DNA of 63,919 bases, the filler included, from Octopus bimaculoides (taxonomy: Eukaryota), in the NCBI RefSeq assembly GCF_001194135.2. It is 6 parts of 5 records of this genome, joined end to end, with 100 filler letters (N's around TTAATTAATTAA, not from the genome) between each part and the next. Parts side by side here need not be neighbours in the genome. Positions count along the whole stretch, not along the records: positions 11,603 to 31,841 come from NC_068993.1; 5 more parts are not named here. One strand, written 5' to 3'. The notes below the pieces were generated by a model. That model ran no database searches. It was not told the origin of the DNA and worked only from the letters and a program-made list of their open reading frames with translations. Below are positions 13,523 to 26,711 of the stretch, one piece after another. Position 1 is the first letter of the stretch, and each line of letters starts with the position of its first letter. The translations under genes and the position numbers were made by a program.

Positions 13523-13625
13523 TTCGGGGTCGATGAATTAAGTACCAGTTGCGTACTGTGGTCGATCTAATCGACTGAGCCCAGCCCCTAAAATTTCGGG
13601 CCTTGTGTAGAAAAATTAAGAATAT
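13523..13625 (+). mobile_element. SINE family 2, 3' fragment
   Basis: TTTCGGGGTCGATGAATTAAGTACCAG...GGGCCTTGTG matches the minus-strand copy at 21883-22070. Confidence 0.65.
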
Positions 13626-14573
13626 ATATGAGTGTGTATGTATGTACGTATGTATTTATGTATGTAACATATATATAACATGTATATATTATGTATATAA
13701 CATATATGCAAATAGAACAGATTAGCATACTGCTGTCTGTCAAGCACTCACACACAACGCGCGCGCACACAGACACAGACATACATGTGACATCTGTTTG
13801 AAGCGATTTGCAAAGCAGTTACATGGTCATAACGATGTTGTTTGCATATATTTTTCAAGCGTACGATGCAATTGTCCTTAGTATAAATAACAATGTATAT
13901 ATGTATACATATACATACGCGTAAAGGAGGGGCAGTTCGCGAGTAAGTTTAACTGTGTGCATGTGTGAGTGCGAACGTGTGTGTGTATGTGTGTGTGCGT
14001 GTTATTTATAACTAACAGAAGTTAGTGTACTTAATACATGGCGCGGAGTATTTCTGCTAGTACATAGTTGCTCGGTCTCAAATGTTATGCATAATATATG
14101 CATGTGTGTTGTGTGCGTGTGTGTTTGTGTGTTTGTGTGTATGTGTGTGTGCGCGCATGTCTGTGAGTATGTGGTCCATGTCTCATCTTTTCCTTTTCAC
14201 GACCGGCTTGCCTACTGAATAATAGCATTTTTCTTCTCTCCTGCTCTATCCACACTCCGCTGTCTCTATGTTAAAATCCTTCAAACCCTCCCAGCCTTGA
14301 CTACTTTCGTCCCCTGTCCTTATTTTGTTCGTTTATTTATATCCATTCATTTGTATACCCACAGTCCTGTTTATTTCTTTCTCTGTGCCTCGTACACACA
14401 CTAATTGACTTGTTTTAGATTACATTTTTTCTACCTTTGTATGTCAACTGTCAGCATCGCATTCTTGTCTGTTTGTAGATTTTCTGTCTTGTTTCTTGCC
14501 TTTTGGCTCACCGGTCCCCGGCGGCCTGTGTCGTTGGCATCACCAGTTGGGATGCAATATTATCGGTTAAGGT

Positions 14574-14640
14574 GACGAGCTGGCAGAATTTAGGGCGGTG
14601 AGCTGGCAGAAACGTTAGCATGCCGGGCGAAATGCTTAAT
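14574..14640 (+). mobile_element. SINE family 2 head (GGCGGTGAGCTGGCAGAAACGTTAGC) with a partial 5' duplication
   Basis: tRNA-like A-box head shared with the copies at 26388, 22998 and 47872. Confidence 0.7.
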
Positions 14641-15213
14641 GATGTTGGACACATCATAAGTGATTATAGGCAGAGAATCGTGAGTGATCTTCAAAACATG
14701 TTTATAATCTCCCAAGATATTTTATATACACAAACAATACCCGTTGAAATTCCACTGCCCATTTTATGATAAAGCGTTAGCCGTAAACATCTCCCTCTCC
14801 ATAGTAATATCCTATCATTTTCGTTATAATCTTTTGATTAATTTCTTGGGTATCTTCTCTATTCTCTTTGCTCATATTTTCTCTTCTAGCTCAAGAATAT
14901 TTTTTACAACTGAGTTTTTTACTCCTTCTCAGTTGTAAAATATATTCTTGCCTCTCATCGTTCATCGTTTACCTTCTTTCTTGATTAACAATTCTCATCC
15001 TTTCCTTATTAGTTTCTTCGTCATACAACTCTTTCTTTTTCTCTTCCTCTCTTTCTCTCTATCGCAAACACTTATCTTCTATCCGCAGCGTAACATATTT
15101 TTACACAACAGGAATCCCTCGTCTACACTTCAGTATAATAAATATGCTTATGTTCAGTATGCTTTCCTGACTGTGTCTGCTTGTCTGTATATCTATGAGT
15201 GTCAATGTGTGTG

Positions 15214-15258
<45 letters not shown>

Positions 15259-16023
15259 NNNNNNNNNNNNNNNNNNNNNNNNNNNNNNNNNNNNNNNNNN
15301 NNNNNNNNNNNNNNNNNNNNNNNNNNNNNNNNNNNNNNNNNNNNNNNNNNNNNNNNNNNNNNNNNNNNNNNNNNNNNNNNNNNNNNNNNNNNNNNNNNNN
15401 NNNNNNNNNNNNNNNNNNNNNNNNNNNNNNNNNNNNNNNNNNNNNNNNNNNNNNNNNNNNNNNNNNNNNNNNNNNNNNNNNNNNNNNNNNNNNNNNNNNN
15501 NNNNNNNNNNNNNNNNNNNNNNNNNNNNNNNNNNNNNNNNNNNNNNNNNNNNNNNNNNNNNNNNNNNNNNNNNNNNNNNNNNNNNNNNNNNNNNNNNNNN
15601 NNNNNNNNNNNNNNNNNNNNNNNNNNNNNNNNNNNNNNNNNNNNNNNNNNNNNNNNNNNNNNNNNNNNNNNNNNNNNNNNNNNNNNNNNNNNNNNNNNNN
15701 NNNNNNNNNNNNNNNNNNNNNNNNNNNNNNNNNNNNNNNNNNNNNNNNNNNNNNNNNNNNNNNNNNNNNNNNNNNNNNNNNNNNNNNNNNNNNNNNNNNN
15801 NNNNNNNNNNNNNNNNNNNNNNNNNNNNNNNNNNNNNNNNNNNNNNNNNNNNNNNNNNNNNNNNNNNNNNNNNNNNNNNNNNNNNNNNNNNNNNNNNNNN
15901 NNNNNNNNNNNNNNNNNNNNNNNNNNNNNNNNNNNNNNNNNNNNNNNNNNNNNNNNNNNNNNNNNNNNNNNNNNNNNNNNNNNNNNNNNNNNNNNNNNNN
16001 NNNNNNNNNNNNNNNNNNNNNNN

Positions 16024-16860
16024 TCTAGGATTCCTCATGGTATTGTGTATGGAATCCTATCATCTATCAGCTGCCATACATGGCTGGCTAATGACATGAC
16101 AAATCTACTTTCTGGTATCGTGACGGAGGATTTTTGGTTGGAAAGGCGTTGTTTGAACGATTTCACGGAACAGCCAATGTATCTCCGTGGTCGGGTATTG
16201 GCGGTGGTGTGTCTGTTGGTGTTGGCGTTGCTGACACCACTGTTGCTGGAACTGGCGCTGTTGGTGTCGGCGCTACTGGTGTCGGCATCACTGGAGGTGG
16301 CGATGATGTTGGTGCTACCACTGCCGGTGTTGGTAAAGGTGTTATTGTTGTTATTATGGCCATCACCATTGATGGGGAAGCGCGCCTATAATTTTGTGTG
16401 ATTATAACAACCTATCATAATTATAGTAGCCTATCATAATAAAGGATGTCTATCCTATGTAGGTTTTTAGTCTTATCGGAGTAGATTAGGGACCTATCTG
16501 AGTTTTTTTTTAGCAATCTAATGTCGGCACGGAGCCTGCGTTGGAAGGAGCAAGAGGACCTACGGAATTTTAGCTTGGGAATGATGCCCACAAGGTCCGC
16601 TTCAAAAGGCTCGGAGTCTTTGATTTTGGGTGAGTATTTCCTAGATTTGATTCCATGGGTATTGTTCTCCGGGGGTGGCGTGGCTAGGTCGTGATAGAAG
16701 GTTTCCACCTCGTTCGACTTATTATATTCTTTATTTTTTGCGATCGATAACCAAAGGGATACAATCCCCTCTGTTGACATCGGCGATTGATAACCATTTG
16801 TCATTGAGTAATAGGGTCCTTTCTTGTCATTGAGTAATAGGGTCCTTTCCTCCTCCATAT
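16024..16860 (-). mobile_element. Penelope-like element lacking RT: N-terminal domain joined to the GIY-YIG endonuclease
   Basis: ORF 16421-16858 has HGIKS...PFEADL...KLKFRR...FQRRLRADI...SDKTKNLHRI (PLE N-terminal region). Downstream YIGCSVKSFKQRLSNQKSS...SLASHVWQL aligns with the GIY-YIG at 62.8 kb. Confidence 0.75.
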
Positions 16861-17206
16861 TCTAGAGAAGCCACTCGCTAGAGAGGCCTTTAGCTAACAG
16901 GTTTTGGGATTTGATGATACACCATATCTGTATGTGTATGTATATCTCTGATACGCCATCTCTGTATCTATGTGTGCGTGCGCGCGCGCGTGTGTATACG
17001 TATGTATGCATATGTATAGATACATGCTGACTATTAATGGTTCTTGCGTGACGGTCGGTTGCATATGAAACTTGAGAAGCGAGAAAATATTCAGTTTACA
17101 TCTTTCTCTATGCATGTGTGTGTGTGTGTGTGTGTTTCTGTATGTATGTGTGTATGTCTGTATACATACGCATACGCACACGCATTTACGTATACACGCA
17201 CACACA

Positions 17207-17250
<44 letters not shown>

Positions 17251-17721
17251 CAAGCAAATAAAAATGCACGCAAACTTTTCCATACCTATAAAACGACGTA
17301 TGTAATTTGAACGCATCCTGTAATGAAATAAAAATAAATAAATAAATAAATAAATAAAACAAAAAACATGATGCTTTATTAATTAAACAAAAATAATGAA
17401 AAATGTCCAACCAACTCAAGTAACATGATCGCTGTAAAAGTAAAACTGACTTCGAGTTTATTCGTATTAGCATTCTTTATCACATTGTATGGACCGTTGC
17501 ATGAGAGATGTAATCTTTTAAGCGCAACATCTGCGGCTTCTCTCGCTCAGCTTTTCTATCCAAACAACTGTATTCATAACCATTTGATCCATGTATTATA
17601 CATACACGTGCACATACCACACACGCTCGTGCGCGCGCTTTCAAGTAGTTCTGTATGAAAAATATATATATATAAATGACTAGCACCCTCTGTCATTTTA
17701 GTGATACTATACTTGTGCATA

Positions 17722-18310
17722 TACAGGGTGCGATGGGTGAATTGCTGCCATTTTATATTTTTAATTTCGTGCATTCGCATTGTTTGTTTTTGATTTTGTT
17801 GACTACACCGTTTGTGAGAAAAACAGCACTATGAATTAATTCACTCTGCCAGAAACTTGGAAACGACATGCTGTACTACTTGGCATTCGCACCGGAAGCT
17901 TCAATACGAACATTTCAGAGTGGATGGGTGGCACTCTGAGGACATGTACCGAGAGTAATAAAAATCAAACATCCAGTCAACATCATGGTGTTTGGAATAA
18001 TCACTTGTGATGGTGACGTTATTCCTCCATTCATTTTCCCACGCGGCCTCAGACTCAGCACGGAAGCCTACATCAAGTGCCTGGAGGAGGTAGTGTTGCC
18101 CTGGATCAAGAGGGTAGCTGCTGGAAGACCCTATGTCCGGCAACAGGACTCTGCACCATACCACACAAGCAAGAGAACCCAGTCATGACTGTCAGACAAT
18201 TTCTGCGACCACATTACCCCTAACATCTGACCATCTAATTCCCCAGACTGCAACCTTCTTGATTATTATGTGCGGGGCGCAGTTGAGCGAGAGAACAACA
18301 AAACTCCTTG
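17722..18310 (+). mobile_element. Tc1/mariner-superfamily transposon: left TIR plus transposase C-terminal half, internally deleted
   Basis: TA then TACAGGGTG terminus; KHPVNIMVFGII...YIKCLEEVVLPW...QQDSAPYHTS...NSPDCNLLDYYV. Confidence 0.85.
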
Positions 18311-18991
18311 AAGTACGTGTCAGATGAAGAGAGGAGAAGAGAAGAGTCAGATGAAGAGAGAAGGGAAGTTGAGACCATATANNNNNNNNNNNNNNNNNNN
18401 NNNNNNNNNNNNNNNNNNNNNNNNNNNNNNNNNNNNNNNNNNNNNNNNNNNNNNNNNNNNNNNNNNNNNNNNNNNNNNNNNNNNNNNNNNNNNNNNNNNN
18501 NNNNNNNNNNNNNNNNNNNNNNNNNNNNNNNNNNNNNNNNNNNNNNNNNNNNNNNNNNNNNNNNNNNNNNNNNNNNNNNNNNNNNNNNNNNNNNNNNNNN
18601 NNNNNNNNNNNNNNNNNNNNNNNNNNNNNNNNNNNNNNNNNNNNNNNNNNNNNNNNNNNNNNNNNNNNNNNNNNNNNNNNNNNNNNNNNNNNNNNNNNNN
18701 NNNNNNNNNNNNNNNNNNNNNNNNNNNNNNNNNNNNNNNNNNNNNNNNNNNNNNNNNNNNNNNNNNNNNNNNNNNNNNNNNNNNNNNNNNNNNNNNNNNN
18801 NNNNNNNNNNNNNNNNNNNNNNNNNNNNNNNNNNNNNNNNNNNNNNNNNNNNNNNNNNNNNNNNNNNNNNNNNNNNNNNNNNNNNNNNNNNNNNNNNNNN
18901 NNNNNNNNNNNNNNNNNNNNNNNNNNNNNNNNNNNNNNNNNNNNNNNNNNNNNNNNNNNNNNNNNNNNNNNNNNNNNNNNNNNNNNNNNNN

Positions 18992-19308
18992 ACGGGGAGA
19001 GAGAGAGCAGAGGCACGGTCCACGGAACGTGCCCTAGTAAGGGCTGTGTGGATAGTGGTGAGGGGATATCCACGAAGGATAAAGTGTCGGTCCATGAGTT
19101 GAGACTGAGTCTCAAAATTATGGTTGTCACTACAGAGCCTGCGCAGAAGGAGGAATTGGGAGCAGGGGATGGAGAGCTTGGTGCAGGTAGGATGGGAGGA
19201 AGAGAAATGAAGGTAGGAGTCGGTGTGTTTATAGTGGATGGTGGTAGTGAGAGCGGAGTGGTGTATACTGACAGAAATGTCGAGAAATGCGACAGAAGTG
19301 TTGGAAAT
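18992..19308 (-). mobile_element. Penelope-like RT C-terminal/thumb fragment
   Basis: VAFLDISV...TTIHYKHTDSYLHFSSSHP...SIPCSQFLLLRRLCSD...RGYP, a typical PLE RT thumb; continues into the gap. Confidence 0.85.
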
Positions 19309-20800
19309 ATATATATAGAAAAAGATACATACATATACACACATACATGCATACGCATGCACCGCCTGCAGCCACAAGCAAACACAAACACATACATTGT
19401 CTCTGGTAACTCAAAATATAAAATAATAAAAACAGTAAAATATGTGGTGCGAGCGAAGCAGCGGCGTTCGCCAGATAGCCATCTATCCGGTTATCCAGAA
19501 AGTAAACATAGAAACAAAACAAAAAAAAGAGAAAAGAAAGAAAGAAAATTGCCAGCGGTCAATGGACAGATTGCAACGGTTTGGCGTAAAAGTGCATGAG
19601 TGGAAGTAATAGGAAAGAAACAACGTTCTTCTCCAGAACTCATTTGGAAATATATCATCTGATATTCTGATATATATTNNNNNNNNNNNNNNNNNNNNNN
19701 NNNNNNNNNNNNNNNNNNNNNNNNNNNNNNNNNNNNNNNNNNNNNNNNNNNNNNNNNNNNNNNNNNNNNNNNNNNNNNNNNNNNNNNNNNNNNNNNNNNN
19801 NNNNNNNNNNNNNNNNNNNNNNNNNNNNNNNNNNNNNNNNNNNNNNNNNNNNNNNNNNNNNNNNNNNNNNNNNNNNNNNNNNNNNNNNNNNNNNNNNNNN
19901 NNNNNNNNNNNNNNNNNNNNNNNNNNNNNNNNNNNNNNNNNNNNNNNNNNNNNNNNNNNNNNNNNNNNNNNNNNNNNNNNNNNNNNNNNNNNNNNNNNNN
20001 NNNNNNNNNNNNNNNNNNNNNNNNNNNNNNNNNNNNNNNNNNNNNNNNNNNNNNNNNNNNNNNNNNNNNNNNNNNNNNNNNNNNNNNNNNNNNNNNNNNN
20101 NNNNNNNNNNNNNNNNNNNNNNNNNNNNNNNNNNNNNNNNNNNNNNNNNNNNNNNNNNNNNNNNNNNNNNNNNNNNNNNNNNNNNNNNNNNNNNNNNNNN
20201 NNNNNNNNNNNNNNNNNNNNNNNNNNNNNNNNNNNNNNNNNNNNNNNNNNNNNNNNNNNNNNNNNNNNNNNNNNNNNNNNNNNNNNNNNNNNNNNNNNNN
20301 NNNNNNNNNNNNNNNNNNNNNNNNNNNNNNNNNNNNNNNNNNNNNNNNNNNNNNNNNNNNNNNNNNNNNNNNNNNNNNNNNNNNNNNNNNNNNNNNNNNN
20401 NNNNNNNNNNNNNNNNNNNNNNNNNNNNNNNNNNNNNNNNNNNNNNNNNNNNNNNNNNNNNNNNNNNNNNNNNNNNNNNNNNNNNNNNNNNNNNNNNNNN
20501 NNNNNNNNNNNNNNNNNNNNNNNNNNNNNNNNNNNNNNNNNNNNNNNNNNNNNNNTGCTAAAATAATATTCGAAATGGTTTATATGATCGGAAATATAAT
20601 TTTGAAATGTTCAAATATAATTTTGAAGAGTTCAAATGTAATTTCGAAGGATCTGATCAAATACTTTGCAATTCAAGTAAAAAAAAATGTAGGAGAGAAC
20701 TTTTCAAGTATAAATAATGTGGAATTATACAAAACTAAACATTATTTTTTACTATTAGTTTTGTTTCATTTTGAAATTTATGTTATGGTTTATTATTGTA

Positions 20801-20927
20801 CAGGGTGTCCACAAAGTCTGGGCGCATGGGGATTAACACATACTTTAAGAAATTATTATTTCTTATATTTAATTGTTTATGTTATGATTTTATTTACTCC
20901 ACGTAGCCAGACTTTGTGGACACCCTG
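20801..20927. mobile_element. 127-bp Tc1/mariner MITE
   Basis: Perfect 21-bp TIRs CAGGGTGTCCACAAAGTCTGG / CCAGACTTTGTGGACACCCTG flanked by TA on both sides. Confidence 0.92.
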
Positions 20928-21291
20928 TAGTTAGTCATGGCCTGGCCGATGATGGCTGAAACTAAGCTATCTAAGTCATGGGAGAACTAAAATCTTTAAG
21001 TTCTTAGGGACTCCATGGATCTTAATCTGGCTCTGAGTCTAATGCCACCTTAAGGTGTGTGCACACTGAACAGTCTCCCAGGAGTCTCACGGGTCTACGG
21101 GGCTCAATTCTGTTGTAGTTTGCTGTCAATAAGTAGATATAACAAGGCCCAGCGTATCGCCAAGCTGTCTATAAACAGTTAAGACGGTTTTGCCAAGATC
21201 AGGCTCACCAATGATCAAAAGTGTCTAATCGTGAATATCTCTTCCTCCCCTTAGCAACATAATAATAATGATGATAATAATAATAATAATG

Positions 21292-21360
<69 letters not shown>

Positions 21361-21364
<4 letters not shown>

Positions 21365-21719
21365 GAGCACTCAGAGAGCGCAAACCTCCGCCAAGACAAC
21401 ACCAAAGTCTTCTTAACGATTAACCAGAGATGATTTTTTTTAATGAGATTATCTGAAATGAATTCGACTGCTCTCACAATCGAGAATATTAAAAATGAAC
21501 CCGACCGCTCTCCATAATTAAGTAAAAAAAAAACAGGAAAAATAATCCATAATCCTTGTCCGGTACCAGATCGATCCCAAAATCTAATTAGTTTGTACCA
21601 GCCACGAGGCCAAACATTCCTGAAAGTTTCATCCGAATCCATCCAGCAGTTCTTGGGATATCTTGTCCACGGACAAACAACAAACAACAAACACGACTGA
21701 AACAGTACCTCTGCCTTTG
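21361..21719 (+). mobile_element. Probable Helentron-associated (HINE/DINE-1-like) non-autonomous element
   Basis: Starts ACAAGAGCACTCAGAGAGCGCAAACCTCCGCCAAG; has (CAAA)-type repeats near the 3' end and a degenerate ACCTCTGCC..TG subterminal copy; sits between (TAA)n tracts. Confidence 0.4.
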
Positions 21720-21882
21720 TAGTAGTAGTAGTAGTAATAATAATAATAATAATAATACTAGGCATAACACCTACATGAACTTCTAACTTGTTGTCTCTTG
21801 AGGTCTCTGGGTGAGACTTGGATCCAACTTGTACAAATGCAAAACAAAAGTCAAACATAAAAAATAATAATAATAATAATAA

Positions 21883-22070
21883 TCCTCTCTATTATAGGCA
21901 CAAGGCCTGATGTTTTGGGGGAGGGGACTAGTCTATTATATAGACCCCAGTATTTGACTCTGATACTTAATTTATCAACCCCGAAGAATGAAAGGCAAAG
22001 TTGACCTCGGCGGAATTTGAACTCAGAACGTAAAGACGGACGAAATGCCGCTAAGCATTTCGTCTGTGTG
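21883..22070 (-). mobile_element. SINE family 2, near full length
   Basis: Reverse complement carries the GTTCTGAGTTCAAATTCCGCCGAGGTC B-box and a GGCCTTGTGCCTATAATAGAGAGGATTATT tail. Confidence 0.85.
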
Positions 22071-22435
22071 CTTGCGTGTGCATGTCTCCATGTCTGCATG
22101 TCTCCATGTCTGCATGCATGCATGCATATCTGTCTGTCTGTCTGTCTGTCTGTATGTATGTATGTATGTATGTGTGTGTGTGTCTGTATGTCTGTATGTA
22201 TGTATATATGTACGTATGTATGTTTGTATGTGACCCAAAGAGCGGAAGTTATATCATTTTTTTTGTTTTGTTTTTTACGTAGCTCACGCTATTCTTCTCA
22301 TGATTAATGTCATCCCATGCGCAAGACAGACCGGAAGTAAACAGAATGACATATCAGTTATTTTGAAATCAATGAAGACGGTAGCTAGCATCTTACAGAC
22401 TCATTTGAATGTTGTTCTTATTGGTACTACTGTTT

Positions 22436-22495
<60 letters not shown>

Positions 22496-22498
22496 GAT

Positions 22499-22998
22499 GT
22501 CGTCAGGGTATCGGTCAAAATACCCTGCAGTATTTCTTCCGGCTCTTTACGTTCTGGGTTCAATTCCTGCCGATGTCAACNNNNNNNNNNNNNNNNNNNN
22601 NNNNNNNNNNNNNNNNNNNNNNNNNNNNNNNNNNNNNNNNNNNNNNNNNNNNNNNNNNNNNNNNNNNNNNNNNNNNNNNNNNNNNNNNNNNNNNNNNNNN
22701 NNNNNNNNNNNNNNNNNNNNNNNNNNNNNNNNNNNNNNNNNNNNNNNNNNNNNNNNNNNNNNNNNNNNNNNNNNNNNNNNNNNNNNNNNNNNNNNNNNNN
22801 NNNNNNNNNNNNNNNNNNNNNNNNNNNNNNNNNNNNNNNNNNNNNNNNNNNNNNNNNNNNNNNNNNNNNNNNNNNNNNNNNNNNNNNNNNNNNNNNNNNN
22901 NNNNNNNNNNNGAGATTTGAATTCAGAAGGTAAAATGTCGGAAGAAATACCGCTTAGTATTTTTTCCGATTCTAACGATTCTACCAGCACACCACCTT
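22499..22998. mobile_element. Two SINE family 2 heads in opposite orientation (22499-22580 +, 22912-22998 -) flanking a gap
   Basis: B-box GTTCTGGGTTCAATTCC on + and ACCTTCTGAATTCAAATC on -. Confidence 0.55.
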
Positions 22999-23109
22999 AA
23001 ATTTGCGAAATATTAGATGAAAATATTAACTTCTTAGTTGGACGGCCTCATATATGTGGAGTGTGATAACAGTTGATTGAATCGTCCTAAGTATATAACT
23101 GGTACTTAT

Positions 23110-23545
23110 ATGCAAAAGTAGAGTAGAGAAGGATGATGGTGTGGGCATCTCTAGACCGGAAAGTTCCCAGAAGCACATCTTGCGGCCCAAGTCAACTTTG
23201 CTGTTTACGTGGGAACTCTAGCTTAGATTGTTATCAACAATTACTCCAAGATCTCTGATGTTGTTGGAAGACACTAGGGAGTCGCCTGAGGGAAGAGCAT
23301 ATGGTAATTTCAGAATTTCCTCTTTCCCAAAGTGAACACCAAATCAAACTTATCTTCATTTAAAAGCATATTGTCTTTTTCCGCCCATTGGACAATAGCA
23401 AACAAATCTGACTGAAGGCATGTTCGGTCTCTCATACCGTTTATGGCTTTCTGGAGTTTGGAATCATCTGCAAAGACTTTCAATGTAGAATGTTTGATGA
23501 CATCTACTATGTCGTTGATGTAAATAATGAAGAAGAGTGTTTAAT
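23110..23545 (-). mobile_element. L2/CR1-type LINE RT fragment
   Basis: IIYINDIVDVIKHSTLKVFADDSKL...LQSDL...WAEKDNMLLNEDKF...NNIRDLGVIVDNNLS. Confidence 0.9.
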
Positions 23546-24136
23546 CTTTATTAATGTAGGTACGAATTAGAGCACTTCTAAAGCAGAGTATGTTTAATCT
23601 TTATCAAAACACTTAAAACATTTAAGAACAAAACTATTTTTTGACCAGCTTCAAAAACAGGGTCTGTTTGCTCAATACAGGGAACAGTATATTGCCTAAT
23701 ATTGCACAATATTCCTGGATTTCTGGCAATTCCGGATTTATCCAAGCCAGATAAACAGTCCGGTACTGCAAGATAAACAGTCCGGTACAGCATAACGAAT
23801 GTCTGCTACATCTGTAAGTTGTTTGATAGGCTTTAATGGCTGAACACAAGATTGCACTGGGTATAATATTTCGGAAACTTCTGAACAAATAGACGACGTG
23901 GGGGGGGGGGCACTAAACCACTTTGATATTATTGGCAGAGATACACAGAATGAAACTGAGCTCTTAGCAAATCTATAGGAATAAAGATTTCTGGTGCTAT
24001 GTTATATAATCTTCAAAGTTTGTTTTTAAAATTCAATTTAAAATGACACACACTTTTAGTGTTAGAGGCTGTGCACACATTGCGTAATATCAGAGGAAGT
24101 ATAATAAAAGCGTGACAAATTGTGACGCTGGTTACA

Positions 24137-24170
<34 letters not shown>

Positions 24171-24299
24171 NNNNNNNNNNNNNNNNNNNNNNNNNNNNNN
24201 NNNNNNNNNNNNNNNNNNNNNNNNNNNNNNNNNNNNNNNNNNNNNNNNNNNNNNNNNNNNNNNNNNNNNNNNNNNNNNNNNNNNNNNNNNNTATATATA

Positions 24300-24335
<36 letters not shown>

Positions 24336-24381
24336 TGTATATATATTATATGCGTGACAAATTATACTGCTTGTTATATAG

Positions 24382-24412
<31 letters not shown>

Positions 24413-25099
24413 TGTTATTGTTGTTGTTGTTGTTGTTCAGGCTGTATTTTTGGTGCTGAAGTAAATGGGTAAAAAAGAAATACATTAAAGCGAGATAGGG
24501 TAGGAGAAAAATGACAGAAGAACGATTAAGAATAGGAAGTTTACGGGGTAAGCGCTGAGAAATCTTAAGTGATTAAGAACCACCCAAATATACAAATCAA
24601 TATGATGGGGGAAATATCTCATTAACAAGCCTGAGTGTTCAACTTCAAGGTATCATCTGACGACCTCGTTTTCGTTTTCTTCATTCGAAGACGATACTAC
24701 TTGGCGAGTGAAGATTATTATGAAATATGCCGTTAAAGAATTGATTTTCATACTTCGAGAATGCTAAAATAAGTTATTTTTATATCTTGTATCGACCTAA
24801 GCAACTAGTTGAGTCACGGGAAAATGATTAAGAAAGTAGTACGGAAGTAGCTAGGATAGGAAATTTTCGATAAAGTTAGAAACTCTTGAAAATTCGCGAC
24901 ATGAAATGACAATTAAAAGTGATTGAAAAGGATAAGATTGTTTCGTTTTACTGATTAAATATCCATACTGCCTCGCATGCATAAATGTATATATGTCACT
25001 ACGTGTGTACATGCGTATGTATGCGCGTACGCATGTCTTCTTGTTTTCGCTTAAATGTAGACAAACCTATGTAAATGATATTCACTACACACACACATA

Positions 25100-25141
<42 letters not shown>

Positions 25142-25171
25142 CATCATCATTATTATTATTATTATTATTAC

Positions 25172-25202
<31 letters not shown>

Positions 25203-25671
25203 ATTATTATTGTTATTATTATTATTACTATTTTCATTATTATCTTTTAGTTCTGTTTCCATTTCTTGCCGAGTGTCTTCCTGACACCTAGAGCAGAGAA
25301 ACAGAGGAACAGAGAAAAGGGGGGAAGAAGGACAGAGAGAGAAAGAAAAAAAAAATCAAAAAGAAAATAAAGGGGAAAGGGGAAAGAGAATTCACAGCGA
25401 CGATGCTCTTCCCAGTGTGTATACACACCACACGCTCACACGTACACAAAATTATATGTGTGCGCATGTGCGAGTAAATACGCTTGCTTCAGAAAGTGCT
25501 TTGCGTTATTCTTACCCCCGTCTTAAACCCCCACCTCAACCACTACTACCTTCTCTACCAACCACCACAACAAAATTTAAAAATAAAACAATATATTAAT
25601 ATATTGATATATGAATAAATAAATAAATAAATAAATAAATAACTATTTGAATAAATAAATAAATATATGAA

Positions 25672-25702
<31 letters not shown>

Positions 25703-26211
25703 CTCAAATCGCACGCATTTCCGTCGTTGCTTGGTAACAGGATCAATGATATTATTGGCTGAATGGAAGATGTCATCTTTTCTTTTGAATTATGGTTACA
25801 CTGTTAAGTCATTGGTTAAAATTTTAGCTATAAGGATCGATTTGCTTCCTTCTCCGAGGATTAGCTGTATAAACTTGCTTAATAGTACATTCCTAGTCAT
25901 GCAGCGGAATGGTAAGATTGGTAATGGATAATAGCAAAGTTGGCCTCTGTGTGTATGTGTGCAGTTGAGTATGTGCGTGTCTATTTGTGCTTTTGCGTAT
26001 CTTCCTATGCTACAATGCATCATGTGTAGAAGCTTCAATACATAGTTTTTCAGATGGATGAATATTAAAGTGTCGCATGATGAGGAAATGTGACACAAAT
26101 ATATAGAGATGTGTGACAAAGCATGTTCATTTACATATGTTCAAACGATCCTTTCTATTATAGACACAAGGTCTGAAGTTTTGGGAGGATGTGTTCTAGT
26201 CAACAACTTCA

Positions 26212-26388
26212 AGAGAGGGGGAAGTCAATTTACATCGACCCCCAGCGCTCAACTCGTACTTATTTCCACAGGATGAAATGCAAAGTCCATCTCCTGCGGA
26301 GTTAGAACTCAGAACATAAAGACAAACGAAATACTGCTAAGCATTTCTTTTTTCCAGCGTACTAATGATTCTACCAGCTGACTGCCTT
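26212..26388 (-). mobile_element. SINE family 2 copy
   Basis: Reverse complement begins AAGGCAGTCAGCTGGTAGAATCATTAG and has the GTTCTGAGTTCTAACTCC B-box. Confidence 0.75.
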
Positions 26389-26394
26389 CATATA

Positions 26395-26711
26395 TTCATT
26401 CTACGCCATCGTCTCCGCTGGTTGGGTCACGTCCAGTGTATGGAGCCCTCTCGTCTCCCAAGGATCATGCTCTACGGAGAACTTGCAATCGGAACAAGAC
26501 CCAGAGGAGGTCCGAAATTCCGTTTTAAAGACCAGCTCAAACGGACCTTGGCTCAAGATAACATCCAGCCATCCTCATGGGAACAGACTGCCATGGATAG
26601 GTCAGCCTGAAGGACTGCTATTCGCTATGGAGCCAGCTCCTTCAAGCAGAACAGACAAAAGAATAAGGAGGTAAAACGCAGGAGAAGAAAGGAACGTCTT
26701 CAACATTGTCG
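26395..26711 (+). mobile_element. RTE (BovB-like) LINE C-terminal fragment
   Basis: RLRWLGHVQCMEPSRLPRIMLYGEL...RPRGGPKFRFKDQLK...WEQTAMDRSA. Confidence 0.9.

Noticed and set aside
24999-25290. Strong minus-strand splice acceptor (long pyrimidine tract, CTAG at ~25291) followed by a poly-Asn ORF
   Set aside because: The ORF is an (AAT)n microsatellite and no convincing donor was found; pyrimidine tracts are common here
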